Positions 7,429 to 14,643 of a stretch of 17,497 nt of DNA are shown here, in pieces. The notes below the pieces were generated by a model, which was given only the letters and a program-made list of their open reading frames with translations, ran no database searches and was not told where the DNA came from. Each line of letters begins with the position of its first letter. Within the stretch, counting starts at the first letter, position 1. A program made the translations under genes and the position numbers. Source of the DNA: a virus (taxonomy: Duplodnaviria; Heunggongvirae; Uroviricota; Caudoviricetes); IMG/VR virus record IMGVR_UViG_2681813135_000005; one strand, given 5' to 3'.

Positions 7429-7809
7429 TCAGTCAGCCCAACCTGATTTCGAGTTTATTTGGGTTTCTGACATTGTGTATTTCTTAATCGTGTCATCGTT
7501 AAAAAGAATAGTAAGTTCTTTTTTCGTACCGTTCGTTCCATTATGGAATAATCCATAGAATGGAATAAAAGTGGTGCCATTAACTTTTACTTTTGCAAAG
7601 GCGTACTTCCAGATCTCGTTTCCACTGTCAGTATATGAAACAGCATCAGGAGAACCAAAGTAAGATTTAACCTCATTCTTGGTTGTTTTACCTTCCTGAA
7701 GTTTAGACTGGACACTAATTTCAGTTTCATTTTTGAGTTGCTGGTTGCCTGAAGAAGCACACCCAGCCAATACAGATGCCATCATGGCAGCGATTAGGAT
7801 TTTTCTCAT
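7429..7809 (-). CDS. Phage-encoded lipoprotein (SmpA/OmlA/BamE-like motif) in the rexAB position
   Basis: 126-aa ORF with signal peptide and lipobox (MRKILIAAMMASVLAGC). Segment KNEVKSYFGSPDAVSYTDSGNEIWKY resembles the BamE/SmpA-OmlA fold motif. AT-rich. Lies between the repressor gene and OL with its own terminator. Confidence 0.75.
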   Translation of the reverse strand: MRKILIAAMMASVLAGCASSGNQQLKNETEISVQSKLQEGKTTKNEVKSYFGSPDAVSYTDSGNEIWKYAFAKVKVNGTTFIPFYGLFHNGTNGTKKELTILFNDDTIKKYTMSETQINSKSGWAD

Positions 7810-8038
7810 TTTATGTTTCCATTCATTATAATCAGAAACATCTTAACATAATGATTCGAAATAAAAACCGCTACGAGATAGGGGGACATTTTGCTGACAG
7901 TAGCAACAAATCTCAGCTAACAACGAGAATATTTACTGAAATATGCAAACAGATTTGGCGTTCTTATAGAGAATTTAGTGCAATATCTAATCCGAGTGGT
8001 ATAAACCTTAACCTTCGCTCCCTTAAGTCGTAGATAAA

Positions 8039-8728
8039 TTAACCATGCTTCCTGTACGTCTGCGGCATGCTTCCAATGACCTTACCGAATATGAACACCC
8101 GGTTCATCTCGTCTTTCTCGATCGGGTCCCACGGCGAGTAGCTCTTGTTATCAGAGATAACCAGCAGCTTATCCTTCATCATTTGAAGACGTTTTACATG
8201 GGCAGTGTCGTCGTACAGAAACGCATAGATGCCATCACCGTCGAAAGATTTAACAGTGATATCAACGAACAGCAGGTCACCTGGTTCGATCGTCCCTGAC
8301 ATGCTGTCACCTCGCACGTTAATGATGCGGATATTTTCCGCCTTCCTGCCATCGAACATGTGACGAGCATCGTCAAACGAGTACTCAACCGAGCGTAGAA
8401 CTTCTACAAACTCACGGTTGATTACACCTGGCCCGGCACTGACTTCTATATCAAGAACGTCAATTTTGAAGTATTTGGAATGGCTGACAGTTGATTGTAT
8501 TGGTTGCACTGTACTGTCTGACATATTTCCAACGCCAGAAGATAACCATTCTGCGCGCACACCCAAAGCGTTCGCGATCTCCACGATTTTAGTTGTTTGG
8601 TTAGCTTTCCCTGTTTCGATTTTCTGAATAGCAGCCTGGCTAACCCCGACCAAATCCCCAAGCGCCTTTTGTGTAAGGCCTCGCGCTAATCTGGCTTCTT
8701 TAAGTCTTTCTGAGAGTGTTGTTTTCAT
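8039..8728 (-). CDS. CI-type prophage repressor (N-terminal HTH, C-terminal LexA/S24-like autoproteolysis domain)
   Basis: 229-aa ORF. N-terminal HTH (LTQKALGDLVGVSQAAIQKIETGK); C-terminal S24-like region with NVRGDSMSGTIEPGDLLFVD and a downstream lysine (HVKRL). No SD before the ATG, consistent with a leaderless pRM-type transcript. Not lambda cI. Confidence 0.85.
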   Translation of the reverse strand: MKTTLSERLKEARLARGLTQKALGDLVGVSQAAIQKIETGKANQTTKIVEIANALGVRAEWLSSGVGNMSDSTVQPIQSTVSHSKYFKIDVLDIEVSAGPGVINREFVEVLRSVEYSFDDARHMFDGRKAENIRIINVRGDSMSGTIEPGDLLFVDITVKSFDGDGIYAFLYDDTAHVKRLQMMKDKLLVISDNKSYSPWDPIEKDEMNRVFIFGKVIGSMPQTYRKHG

Positions 8729-8832
8729 AGATCAAATGTACAACCAAGGTTTTATTTCATCAAACGAAAATGGTTGTTGACTAAAAACAACCATAGTTTT
8801 AATCTTTATTCGGATTAACCACGGAGGTTGTT
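8729..8832. promoter_or_regulatory. Divergent pRM/pR-like promoter region with OR-like operators
   Basis: Between divergent repressor and cro-like genes. Sites AAAATGGTTGTTGAC and AACAACCATAGTTTT (reverse complement AAAACTATGGTTGTT, one mismatch from the OL site AAAACTATAGTTGTT). Plus-strand TTGACT, 17-nt spacer, TTAATC, then GGAGG and the ATG at 8833. Confidence 0.55.
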
Positions 8833-9063
8833 ATGAACCCAGCAATCAAAACAGCGATCAATATCGTTGGTTCACAAAAGAAACTAGGCGATGCCTGCGA
8901 AGTTTCACAGCAGGCCGTCTATAAGTGGCTTCACAACAAAGCAAAGGTATCCCCTGAACATGTCGGCAGCATTGTTACGGCTACTGGTGGAGTTGTGAAG
9001 GCATACCAGATTCGCCCGGATCTTCCGAAGTTGTTTCCACACACCGAAAAGAACGCAGCTTAA
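8833..9063 (+). CDS. Cro-like HTH regulator (YdaS/Cro family)
   Basis: 76-aa ORF with SD GGAGG. HTH-like segment KKLGDACEVSQQAVYKWLHNK. Divergent from the repressor gene, in the cro position. Confidence 0.65.
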   Translation: MNPAIKTAINIVGSQKKLGDACEVSQQAVYKWLHNKAKVSPEHVGSIVTATGGVVKAYQIRPDLPKLFPHTEKNAA

Positions 9064-9132
9064 ATTTCCATTTCACGCTCTTTAACAATAAGCAATCAAC
9101 TTAACAGTCAATTCAAACTAAAGGAGTCAATT

Positions 9133-9672
9133 ATGCAACCACTTACATACCAACAGACTAGCGGATTTATTCCGACTGCGGTGATAAATCGTTCTCAAAC
9201 AAAACAAGCTCCAGGCCACGAAAAAATCCGTGATGCCGTCCGCGCCTGGTCGGCTGTAGATAATCAGGATGTCGTTGCCGCACTCATTGTGAATGAGTAT
9301 CGGGAGCAGGGCGACGGCACCATCGATTTCCCTGATGATGTCAGCCGTGCACGCCAGAAGCTGTTCCGCTTCCTCGATAACAAATTCGATTCTGAAAAAT
9401 ACCGAAATAACGTGCGTGAACTGACCCCGGCAATTCTGGCGGTACTACCGCTGGAATATCGCGGTTACCTGGTTGAGCAGGATAGCTTCATGACTCGGTT
9501 GGCTGAAATGGAAAAGGAACTCAGTGAGGCAAAACAGGCTGTCATTCTCAACGCACCACGCCACCAGAAACTGAAGGAAATGAGTGAAGGTATTGTGTCG
9601 ATGTTTCGTGTGGACCCGGATCTGGCTGGTCCATTAATGGCGATGGTGACCACCATGCTGGGGGCAATATGA
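9133..9672 (+). CDS. YdaT-like protein in the cII position
   Basis: 179-aa ORF with SD AAGGAG. Contains LTPAILAVLPLEYRGYL, which resembles what I recall of the Rac-prophage YdaT family. Sits between cro-like and O. Confidence 0.5.
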   Translation: MQPLTYQQTSGFIPTAVINRSQTKQAPGHEKIRDAVRAWSAVDNQDVVAALIVNEYREQGDGTIDFPDDVSRARQKLFRFLDNKFDSEKYRNNVRELTPAILAVLPLEYRGYLVEQDSFMTRLAEMEKELSEAKQAVILNAPRHQKLKEMSEGIVSMFRVDPDLAGPLMAMVTTMLGAI

Positions 9673-9758
9673 CAGGTTCAGAAATGGCGAAAGTCGGTCT
9701 GCGGGAACAGAACCGACTTTCAGGTGCAAATCGTAACACACTCATTGCGGGAGGAATT

Positions 9759-10688
9759 ATGGCAAACACTGCTGAGATATTCAATTTTCCAGTGCCGGAT
9801 GCGGCACAAAAGGAGCCGCGCGTGGCAGATCTCGATGATGGTTATACGCGCATTGCAAATGAGTTGCTGGAAGCTGTGATGCTGGCCGGATTAACACAGC
9901 ACCAGCTTCTGGTCTTCCTGGCTGTCATGCGCAAAACATATGGCTTTAATAAAAAACTGGATTGGGTGAGCAACGAGCAACTTTCCGAGTTGACCGGGAT
10001 ATTGCCGCACAAGTGTTCTGCTGCAAAAAGTGTTCTGGTAAAGCGTGGGATTTTTATTCAGAGCGGGCGGAATATCGGCATTAATAATGTGGTCAGTGAA
10101 TGGTCAACATTACCCGAATCAGGTAAGAAAAATAAAGTTTACCTGAAAGAGGTAAATTTACCTGAATCAGGTAAGAAAAGTTTACCCAAATCAGGTAAAG
10201 GCACTTACCCGAATCAGGTAAACACAAAATACAAACTAACAAAAGACAATATAAAACCTTTTTCGTCCGAGAATTCTGGCGAATCCTCTGACCAACCAGA
10301 AAACGATCTTCCTGTGGAGAAACCAGATGCTGCAATTCAGAGCGGCAGCAGGTGGGGGACAGCAGAAGACCTGACCGCCGCAGAGTGGATGTTTGACATG
10401 GTGAAGACCATCGCGCCATCAGCCAGAAAACCGAATTTTGCAGGGTGGGCTAACGATATCCGCCTGATGCGTGAACGTGACGGCCGTAACCACCGCGACA
10501 TGTGCGTGCTGTTCCGCTGGGCATGCCAGGACAACTTCTGGTCCGGTAACGTGCTAAGTCCGGCCAAACTCCGCGACAAGTGGACCCAACTCGAAATCAA
10601 CCGTAACAAGCAACAGGCTGGCGTGATAGCCGGAAAATCAAAACTCGACCTGACAAACACTGACTGGATTTACGGGGTGGATTTATGA
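9759..10688 (+). CDS. O: Replication initiator O (divergent N-terminal origin-binding domain, lambda-like C-terminal domain)
   Basis: Start at the ATG at 9759 (SD GGAGG at 9749-9753), giving MANTAEIFNFPVPDAAQKEPRVADLDDGYTRIANELLEAVMLAGLTQHQLLVFLAVMRKTYGFNKK..., which aligns with the lambda O N-terminus. The C-terminal half (...SSENSGESSDQPENDL...WMFDMVKTIAPSARKPNFAGWANDIRLMRERDG...) is lambda-like. Iterons lie inside the gene. The track's 9669 start is an unlikely extension. Confidence 0.9.
   Translation: MANTAEIFNFPVPDAAQKEPRVADLDDGYTRIANELLEAVMLAGLTQHQLLVFLAVMRKTYGFNKKLDWVSNEQLSELTGILPHKCSAAKSVLVKRGIFIQSGRNIGINNVVSEWSTLPESGKKNKVYLKEVNLPESGKKSLPKSGKGTYPNQVNTKYKLTKDNIKPFSSENSGESSDQPENDLPVEKPDAAIQSGSRWGTAEDLTAAEWMFDMVKTIAPSARKPNFAGWANDIRLMRERDGRNHRDMCVLFRWACQDNFWSGNVLSPAKLRDKWTQLEINRNKQQAGVIAGKSKLDLTNTDWIYGVDL
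10110..10262. repeat. Phage replication origin: five iterons plus AT-rich region inside O
   Basis: Iterons TTACCCGAATCAGGTAAG (10110), TTTACCTGAAAGAGGTAAA (10138), TTTACCTGAATCAGGTAAG (10157), TTTACCCAAATCAGGTAAA (10181), CTTACCCGAATCAGGTAAA (10204), each an inverted repeat TTACC...GGTAA. Followed by AT-rich CACAAAATACAAACTAACAAAAGACAATATAAAACC. Confidence 0.8.
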
Positions 10689-11386
10689 AAAACATCGCCG
10701 CACAGATGGTTAACTTTGACCGTGAGCAGATGCGCCGGATCGCCAACAACATGCCGGAACAGTACGACGAAAAGCCGCAGGTACAACAGGTAGCGCAGAT
10801 CATCAATGGTGTGTTCAGCCAGTTACTGGCAACTTTCCCGGCGAGCCTGGCTAACCGGGACCAGAACGAACTGAACGAAATCCGCCGCCAGTGGGTTCTG
10901 GCTTTCCGGGAAAACGGGATCACCACGATGGAACAGGTTAACGCAGGAATGCGCGTAGCCCGTCGGCAGAATCGACCATTCCTGCCATCACCCGGGCAGT
11001 TTGTTGCCTGGTGCCGGGAAGAAGCATCCGTTACCGCCGGGCTGCCAAACGCCAGCGAGCTGGTTGATATGGTTTACGAGTATTGCCGGAAACGTGGCCT
11101 GTATCCAGATGCAGAGTCTTATCCGTGGAAATCAAACGCGCACTACTGGCTGGTTACCAACCTGTATCAGAACATGCGGGCCAATGCGCTGACTGATGCG
11201 GAATTACGGCGCAAGGCTGCCGATGAACTGGCCTGTATGACAGCGCGAATTAACCGTGGTGAGGCGATACCTGAACCAGTAAAACAACTTCCTGTCATGG
11301 GCGGGAGACCGCTTAATCGTGTTCAGGCTCTGGCGAAGATCGCAGAAATCAAAGCGAAGTTTGGGCTGAAAGGAGCAAGTGTATGA
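10685..11386 (+). CDS. P: Replication protein P (DnaB helicase loader)
   Basis: 233-aa ORF MKNIAAQMVNFDREQMRRIANNMPEQYDEKPQVQQVAQIINGVFSQLLATFPASLANRDQNE..., recognised as lambda P. ATGA overlap with O. Confidence 0.95.
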   Translation: MKNIAAQMVNFDREQMRRIANNMPEQYDEKPQVQQVAQIINGVFSQLLATFPASLANRDQNELNEIRRQWVLAFRENGITTMEQVNAGMRVARRQNRPFLPSPGQFVAWCREEASVTAGLPNASELVDMVYEYCRKRGLYPDAESYPWKSNAHYWLVTNLYQNMRANALTDAELRRKAADELACMTARINRGEAIPEPVKQLPVMGGRPLNRVQALAKIAEIKAKFGLKGASV

Positions 11387-11670
11387 CGGGCAAAGAGGCA
11401 ATTATTCATTACCTGGGGACTCATAAGAACTTCTGTGCGCAGGACGTTGCCGCGGTAACAGGCGCAACCGTAACCAGCATAAATCAGGCTGCGGCTAAAA
11501 TGGCGCGGTCAGGAATCCTGGTCGTTGATGGTAAGGTCTGGCGAACGGTGTATTACCGGTTCGCTACCAGAGAAGAACGGGAAGGAAAGGTGAGCACGAA
11601 TCTGATTTTTAAGGAGTGTCGTCAAAGTGCCGCGATGAAGCGGGTGTTGGCTTTATATGGAAGAGAGTAG
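11383..11670 (+). CDS. ren: Ren protein
   Basis: 95-aa ORF MTGKEAIIHYLGTHKNFCAQDVAAVTGATVTSINQAAAKMARSGILVVDGKVWRTVYYRFATREEREGK..., recognised as lambda-type Ren. ATGA overlap with P. Confidence 0.85.
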   Translation: MTGKEAIIHYLGTHKNFCAQDVAAVTGATVTSINQAAAKMARSGILVVDGKVWRTVYYRFATREEREGKVSTNLIFKECRQSAAMKRVLALYGRE

Positions 11671-11734
11671 GTATGAGCAATTATTGTTACTAATTTTAGT
11701 TTTACGACATTCGTGATAACTAAATAATTGATGT

Positions 11735-11989
11735 GTGGAACTGAATTATAAAGGGGATGATGTTTTGGGAAATAAAGAAAATATCGATTGTAAGCACACA
11801 AGAAGCTCATGCTATAAAAACAAGCAGATGAAAGATGTTATTTATATTACATTGCCTAAACTCACTGAAGAAGAAGTAGAAATTTTTAAGGGACCAATGC
11901 ATAAAGCATTGCTTGCAGGGATAAATGTTACAAAAAAGGCAGTTTCTGATGCCCTGCTAAACAAAGGGATAAAAGTTGAATTTAAATAG
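11735..11989 (+). CDS. Hypothetical small protein in the AT-rich cargo insertion (start uncertain)
   Basis: 84-aa ORF from a GTG at 11735, or 53 aa from the ATG at 11828 (MKDVIYITLPKLTEEEVEIFKG...). No clear SD for either. A 24-codon ORF with strong SD AAGGGGA starts at 11757 in another frame. Confidence 0.3.
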   Translation: MELNYKGDDVLGNKENIDCKHTRSSCYKNKQMKDVIYITLPKLTEEEVEIFKGPMHKALLAGINVTKKAVSDALLNKGIKVEFK

Positions 11990-12005
11990 AGTAATTCAGT
12001 GGCAA

Positions 12006-12033
12006 CAATAGCACTCATTTGTGAGTGCTATTG
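12006..12033. terminator. Hairpin between convergent cargo ORFs (putative bidirectional terminator)
   Basis: Perfect 12-bp inverted repeat CAATAGCACTCA-TTTG-TGAGTGCTATTG between the stop of the small plus-strand ORF (11989) and the stop of the 472-aa minus-strand ORF (12041). Followed on the plus strand by AAATTTATT. Confidence 0.5.
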
Positions 12034-12040
12034 AAATTTA

Positions 12041-13459
12041 TTAGAAAATAATGTTTGCTATATCCGAGATAGCATTTAAAGAACCTCTGTGGTCACTTCC
12101 TGTTTTAGGTAAAATATAGGAATATCGAGGGTCTTCATTATATGTTAACTTCCAGTGTTTTCCATCGCTTGACGCACTGAAACCTAAGTCCTTTAAATTT
12201 CTTTGTGTTGCGCTATCCATGCTTCTGTAACCTGTTAAAGTCCTTTTAAGTAATTGGCGGCGACTCTCGGTTTCTTTATTGTATTCATTATTGGCAATTA
12301 GGGATGATAAGATATGGTAGCTTCTACCAAATTCATTTTTATTTTTTATGGCAGTTTTTAGTGCGTCAATAATTATATTTTTGATTTCTCCATCAAAAAA
12401 ATCAGTCTCTTCACCAGCATTAAGCACAATGCTTCCTTGGGCTGAAGCTTGTGATTGAAGAGTGCGTACTCTGTGCTCTAAAGAGGAGATCTTATGCTTA
12501 AGATCTTCTATTTGGTCATCTTTCGCAACATTATCGGCTTCGTAAAGCGCCATCAGTTCGCGTGTGTATTCTCCTCTTTCTTTGAGTGAGTTAATAGAGT
12601 CTTTCGTTTTTCTGGTTTGTATCTCACTCCATCCACTATCTGAGACAGGAGCCATTGTAGTCGTAGCTCTTACAACATCATCAAATAACTCATCTTCAAA
12701 TTCTTTTGCGGTTTTCTCACCACGGCGATAAAAACTGATATTTTGACCCCGTGGCCAATAGATACCAACAGCACCAGCATAGGCATTTTTAGCATTTGTC
12801 TCATTTTTTAGCTTAATAGAAAATAGTCTATTGCTAGGCTCAATTAATACATGTGCTAATCCGCATACCTTTCTTGCAAGGCGTTCTGGGATGATATTGT
12901 GAGCATGTTCATTAAAAAAATACTTGGAGCTAACGTATATTATTGGTAGTCTGTTGTCAGTTTCACCATTTATAACTTTAGCTGCTATATTTAAATGTTC
13001 ATCAGTATCATCTAAGGAATGAGGTTCGACTGACACCTTGAAAATATCATCAAGACCACCAGAAAATTTATCAATCAATCTCATAACAACTAATGGTTTC
13101 TTAGGTTGCGGGGCTAGATAAGCTGCATCTTGGCTTACAACGCTAGATTCCACCTGAATCCACATGGTATCAGTTTTGAGATTTTTATTAATTGAAATAT
13201 CTGTTACCCATTTGTGTGGCTCAGATATTTTCGAATACCTAAAACAGCCTAAACTAGTATCTTTGTTTTTATAAGTTATTATATCAATTCTTTCATTTTT
13301 AGACTCTATGAAGTACTCCTCGCTTTTATAATCACATACTAATTGTGCTGGAATAAAAGTTGTATGTGGTGAGTCGTTTACCCAAGAAAAACATTCATTA
13401 AAGATCTCAGCTAGAGATGTGGAGTTTGAAACATAAAAACCAGTTGAGAAATATTTCAT
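12041..13459 (-). CDS. Large hypothetical protein (472 aa) of unrecognised family: cargo gene at the ren/ninB junction, candidate phage-defence or abortive-infection factor
   Basis: Uninterrupted 472-codon ORF with SD AAGGAA 5 nt before the ATG at 13459. Markedly AT-rich compared with flanking ren and ninB-like genes and transcribed against them. Central predicted coiled-coil (DDQIEDLKHKISSLEHRVRTLQSQASAQ) between an N-terminal region of about 290 aa and a C-terminal region of about 130 aa. No family recognised by eye. Confidence 0.8.
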   Translation of the reverse strand: MKYFSTGFYVSNSTSLAEIFNECFSWVNDSPHTTFIPAQLVCDYKSEEYFIESKNERIDIITYKNKDTSLGCFRYSKISEPHKWVTDISINKNLKTDTMWIQVESSVVSQDAAYLAPQPKKPLVVMRLIDKFSGGLDDIFKVSVEPHSLDDTDEHLNIAAKVINGETDNRLPIIYVSSKYFFNEHAHNIIPERLARKVCGLAHVLIEPSNRLFSIKLKNETNAKNAYAGAVGIYWPRGQNISFYRRGEKTAKEFEDELFDDVVRATTTMAPVSDSGWSEIQTRKTKDSINSLKERGEYTRELMALYEADNVAKDDQIEDLKHKISSLEHRVRTLQSQASAQGSIVLNAGEETDFFDGEIKNIIIDALKTAIKNKNEFGRSYHILSSLIANNEYNKETESRRQLLKRTLTGYRSMDSATQRNLKDLGFSASSDGKHWKLTYNEDPRYSYILPKTGSDHRGSLNAISDIANIIF

Positions 13460-13476
13460 GAAATTTCCTTATTAAA

Positions 13477-13494
13477 AATGAGATTAATCTCATT
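13477..13494 (-). promoter_or_regulatory. 18-bp perfect palindrome in the 5' region of the 472-aa gene (operator or attenuator-like hairpin)
   Basis: AATGAGATTAATCTCATT is its own reverse complement. It lies 18-35 nt upstream of the start codon; on the minus strand it is followed by TTTTT and then the SD. Confidence 0.45.
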
Positions 13495-13734
13495 GGCTAT
13501 GATAATTGTTACCCTCCTTTGGATCTAGTGTTCATTTGACATAAGAACCTATTGATTCATCATAATCAACTCGCCATAATCATGTCATCGGAGCCTGAAC
13601 AACTCCGGTGACTTCTGCGCTTTGAGGGGACTCAAAGTGCAAACGACAATCAGAACACCTTTCAACCAGTCACAGATGCAGAAATGCACCTGCGATATCT
13701 TGCATCCAACGTTTGACCTCTGCGGAGGTGAAGC

Positions 13735-14190
13735 GTGAACCTCCCACAAGATGGTATCAAATTGCATCGCGGTAACTTCACCGCTATCGGTCGGCAGATC
13801 CAGCCTTATCTGGAGGACGGCAAATGCTTTCGCATGGTGCTTAAACCGTGGCGCGAGAGACGCAGTCTTTCCCAGAATGCACTCAGCCACATGTGGTACA
13901 GCGAAATCAGTGAATACCTCATCAGCAAGGGTAAAACGTTCGCCACTCCAGCTTGGGTAAAAGATGCTCTCAAACACACATATCTCGGTTATGAAACCAA
14001 AGACCTGGTTGATGTCGTAACCGGTGATATCACCACTATCCAGTCGTTACGCCATACCTCCGATCTTGATACCGGAGAGATGTATGTCTTCCTGTGTAAG
14101 GTTGAAGCCTGGGCGGTGAATATTGGCTGCCACCTGACTATTCCGCAGAGCTGCGAGTTCCAGCTGCTCCGCGACAAGCAGGAGGCGTAA
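13735..14190 (+). CDS. ybcN: NinB/YbcN-like protein (nin-region recombination/DNA-binding family)
   Basis: 151-aa ORF from GTG at 13735 with SD GGAGG. Sequence recalled as DLP12 YbcN-like; [17 protein letters not shown] parallels lambda NinB RSLDQNRKLW. Confidence 0.7.
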   Translation: MNLPQDGIKLHRGNFTAIGRQIQPYLEDGKCFRMVLKPWRERRSLSQNALSHMWYSEISEYLISKGKTFATPAWVKDALKHTYLGYETKDLVDVVTGDITTIQSLRHTSDLDTGEMYVFLCKVEAWAVNIGCHLTIPQSCEFQLLRDKQEA

Positions 14191-14360
14191 TGGCTACACC
14201 GCTTATTCGTGTCATGAACGGACACATCTACAGAGTACCAGATCGTCGTAAGCGTAAACCGGAGCTGAAGCCTTCCGAAATACCAACACTGCTCGGATAT
14301 ACCGCCAGCCTGGTTGATAAAAAATGGTTGCGACTGGCAGCAAGGAGGAATCATGGCTGA
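14190..14360 (+). CDS. ninE: NinE-like small protein (56 aa)
   Basis: [64 protein letters not shown] overlap with the upstream gene, SD GGAGG, and ATGGCTGA overlap with the downstream gene. Below the ORF-track cut-off. Confidence 0.7.
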   Translation: MATPLIRVMNGHIYRVPDRRKRKPELKPSEIPTLLGYTASLVDKKWLRLAARRNHG

Positions 14361-14643
14361 TTTGAGAAAAGCAGCGCGTAGTCGGGAATGCCAGGTAAGA
14401 ATCCCTGGCGTATGTAATGGCAACCCTGAAACGTCTGTACTGGCACATATCCGGCTGACTGGATTGTGCGGCACCGGTACCAAACCGCCAGACCTGATTG
14501 CCACCATTGCATGTTCTGCCTGCCACGACGAAATCGACCGCCGCACACATTTTGTCGATGCTGCATATGCAAAAGAATGCGCGCTGGAAGGTATGGCGAG
14601 AACACAGGTTATCTGGCTGAAAGAGGGGGTTATTAAGGCGTGA
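14353..14643 (+). CDS. ybcO: YbcO-like Cys-rich protein (DUF1364-type, putative zinc-binding nuclease)
   Basis: Start at the ATG at 14353 preceded by AGGAGG, giving [64 protein letters not shown].... Conserved Cys/His pattern. Confidence 0.7.
   Translation: MADLRKAARSRECQVRIPGVCNGNPETSVLAHIRLTGLCGTGTKPPDLIATIACSACHDEIDRRTHFVDAAYAKECALEGMARTQVIWLKEGVIKA

Noticed and set aside
7776-8033. 85-aa plus-strand ORF between the lipoprotein and repressor genes
   Set aside because: AT-rich intergenic spacer with no SD, overlapping the lipoprotein start on the opposite strand. More likely promoter or regulatory DNA.
8045-8661. Plus- and minus-strand ORFs overlapping the repressor gene
   Set aside because: Overlap a strongly supported CI-type repressor CDS.
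9669-9758. N-terminal 30-codon extension of O from the ATG at 9669
   Set aside because: The ATG at 9759 has a GGAGG SD and aligns with the lambda O N-terminus. The extension is probably untranslated overlap with the end of the upstream gene.
10093-10926. Minus-strand ORFs (107-109 aa) overlapping O and P
   Set aside because: Antisense to recognised replication genes; partly generated by the repetitive iteron sequence.
13585-13977. 130-aa minus-strand ORF overlapping the ninB/ybcN-like start
   Set aside because: Antisense to a recognised gene, with no RBS.
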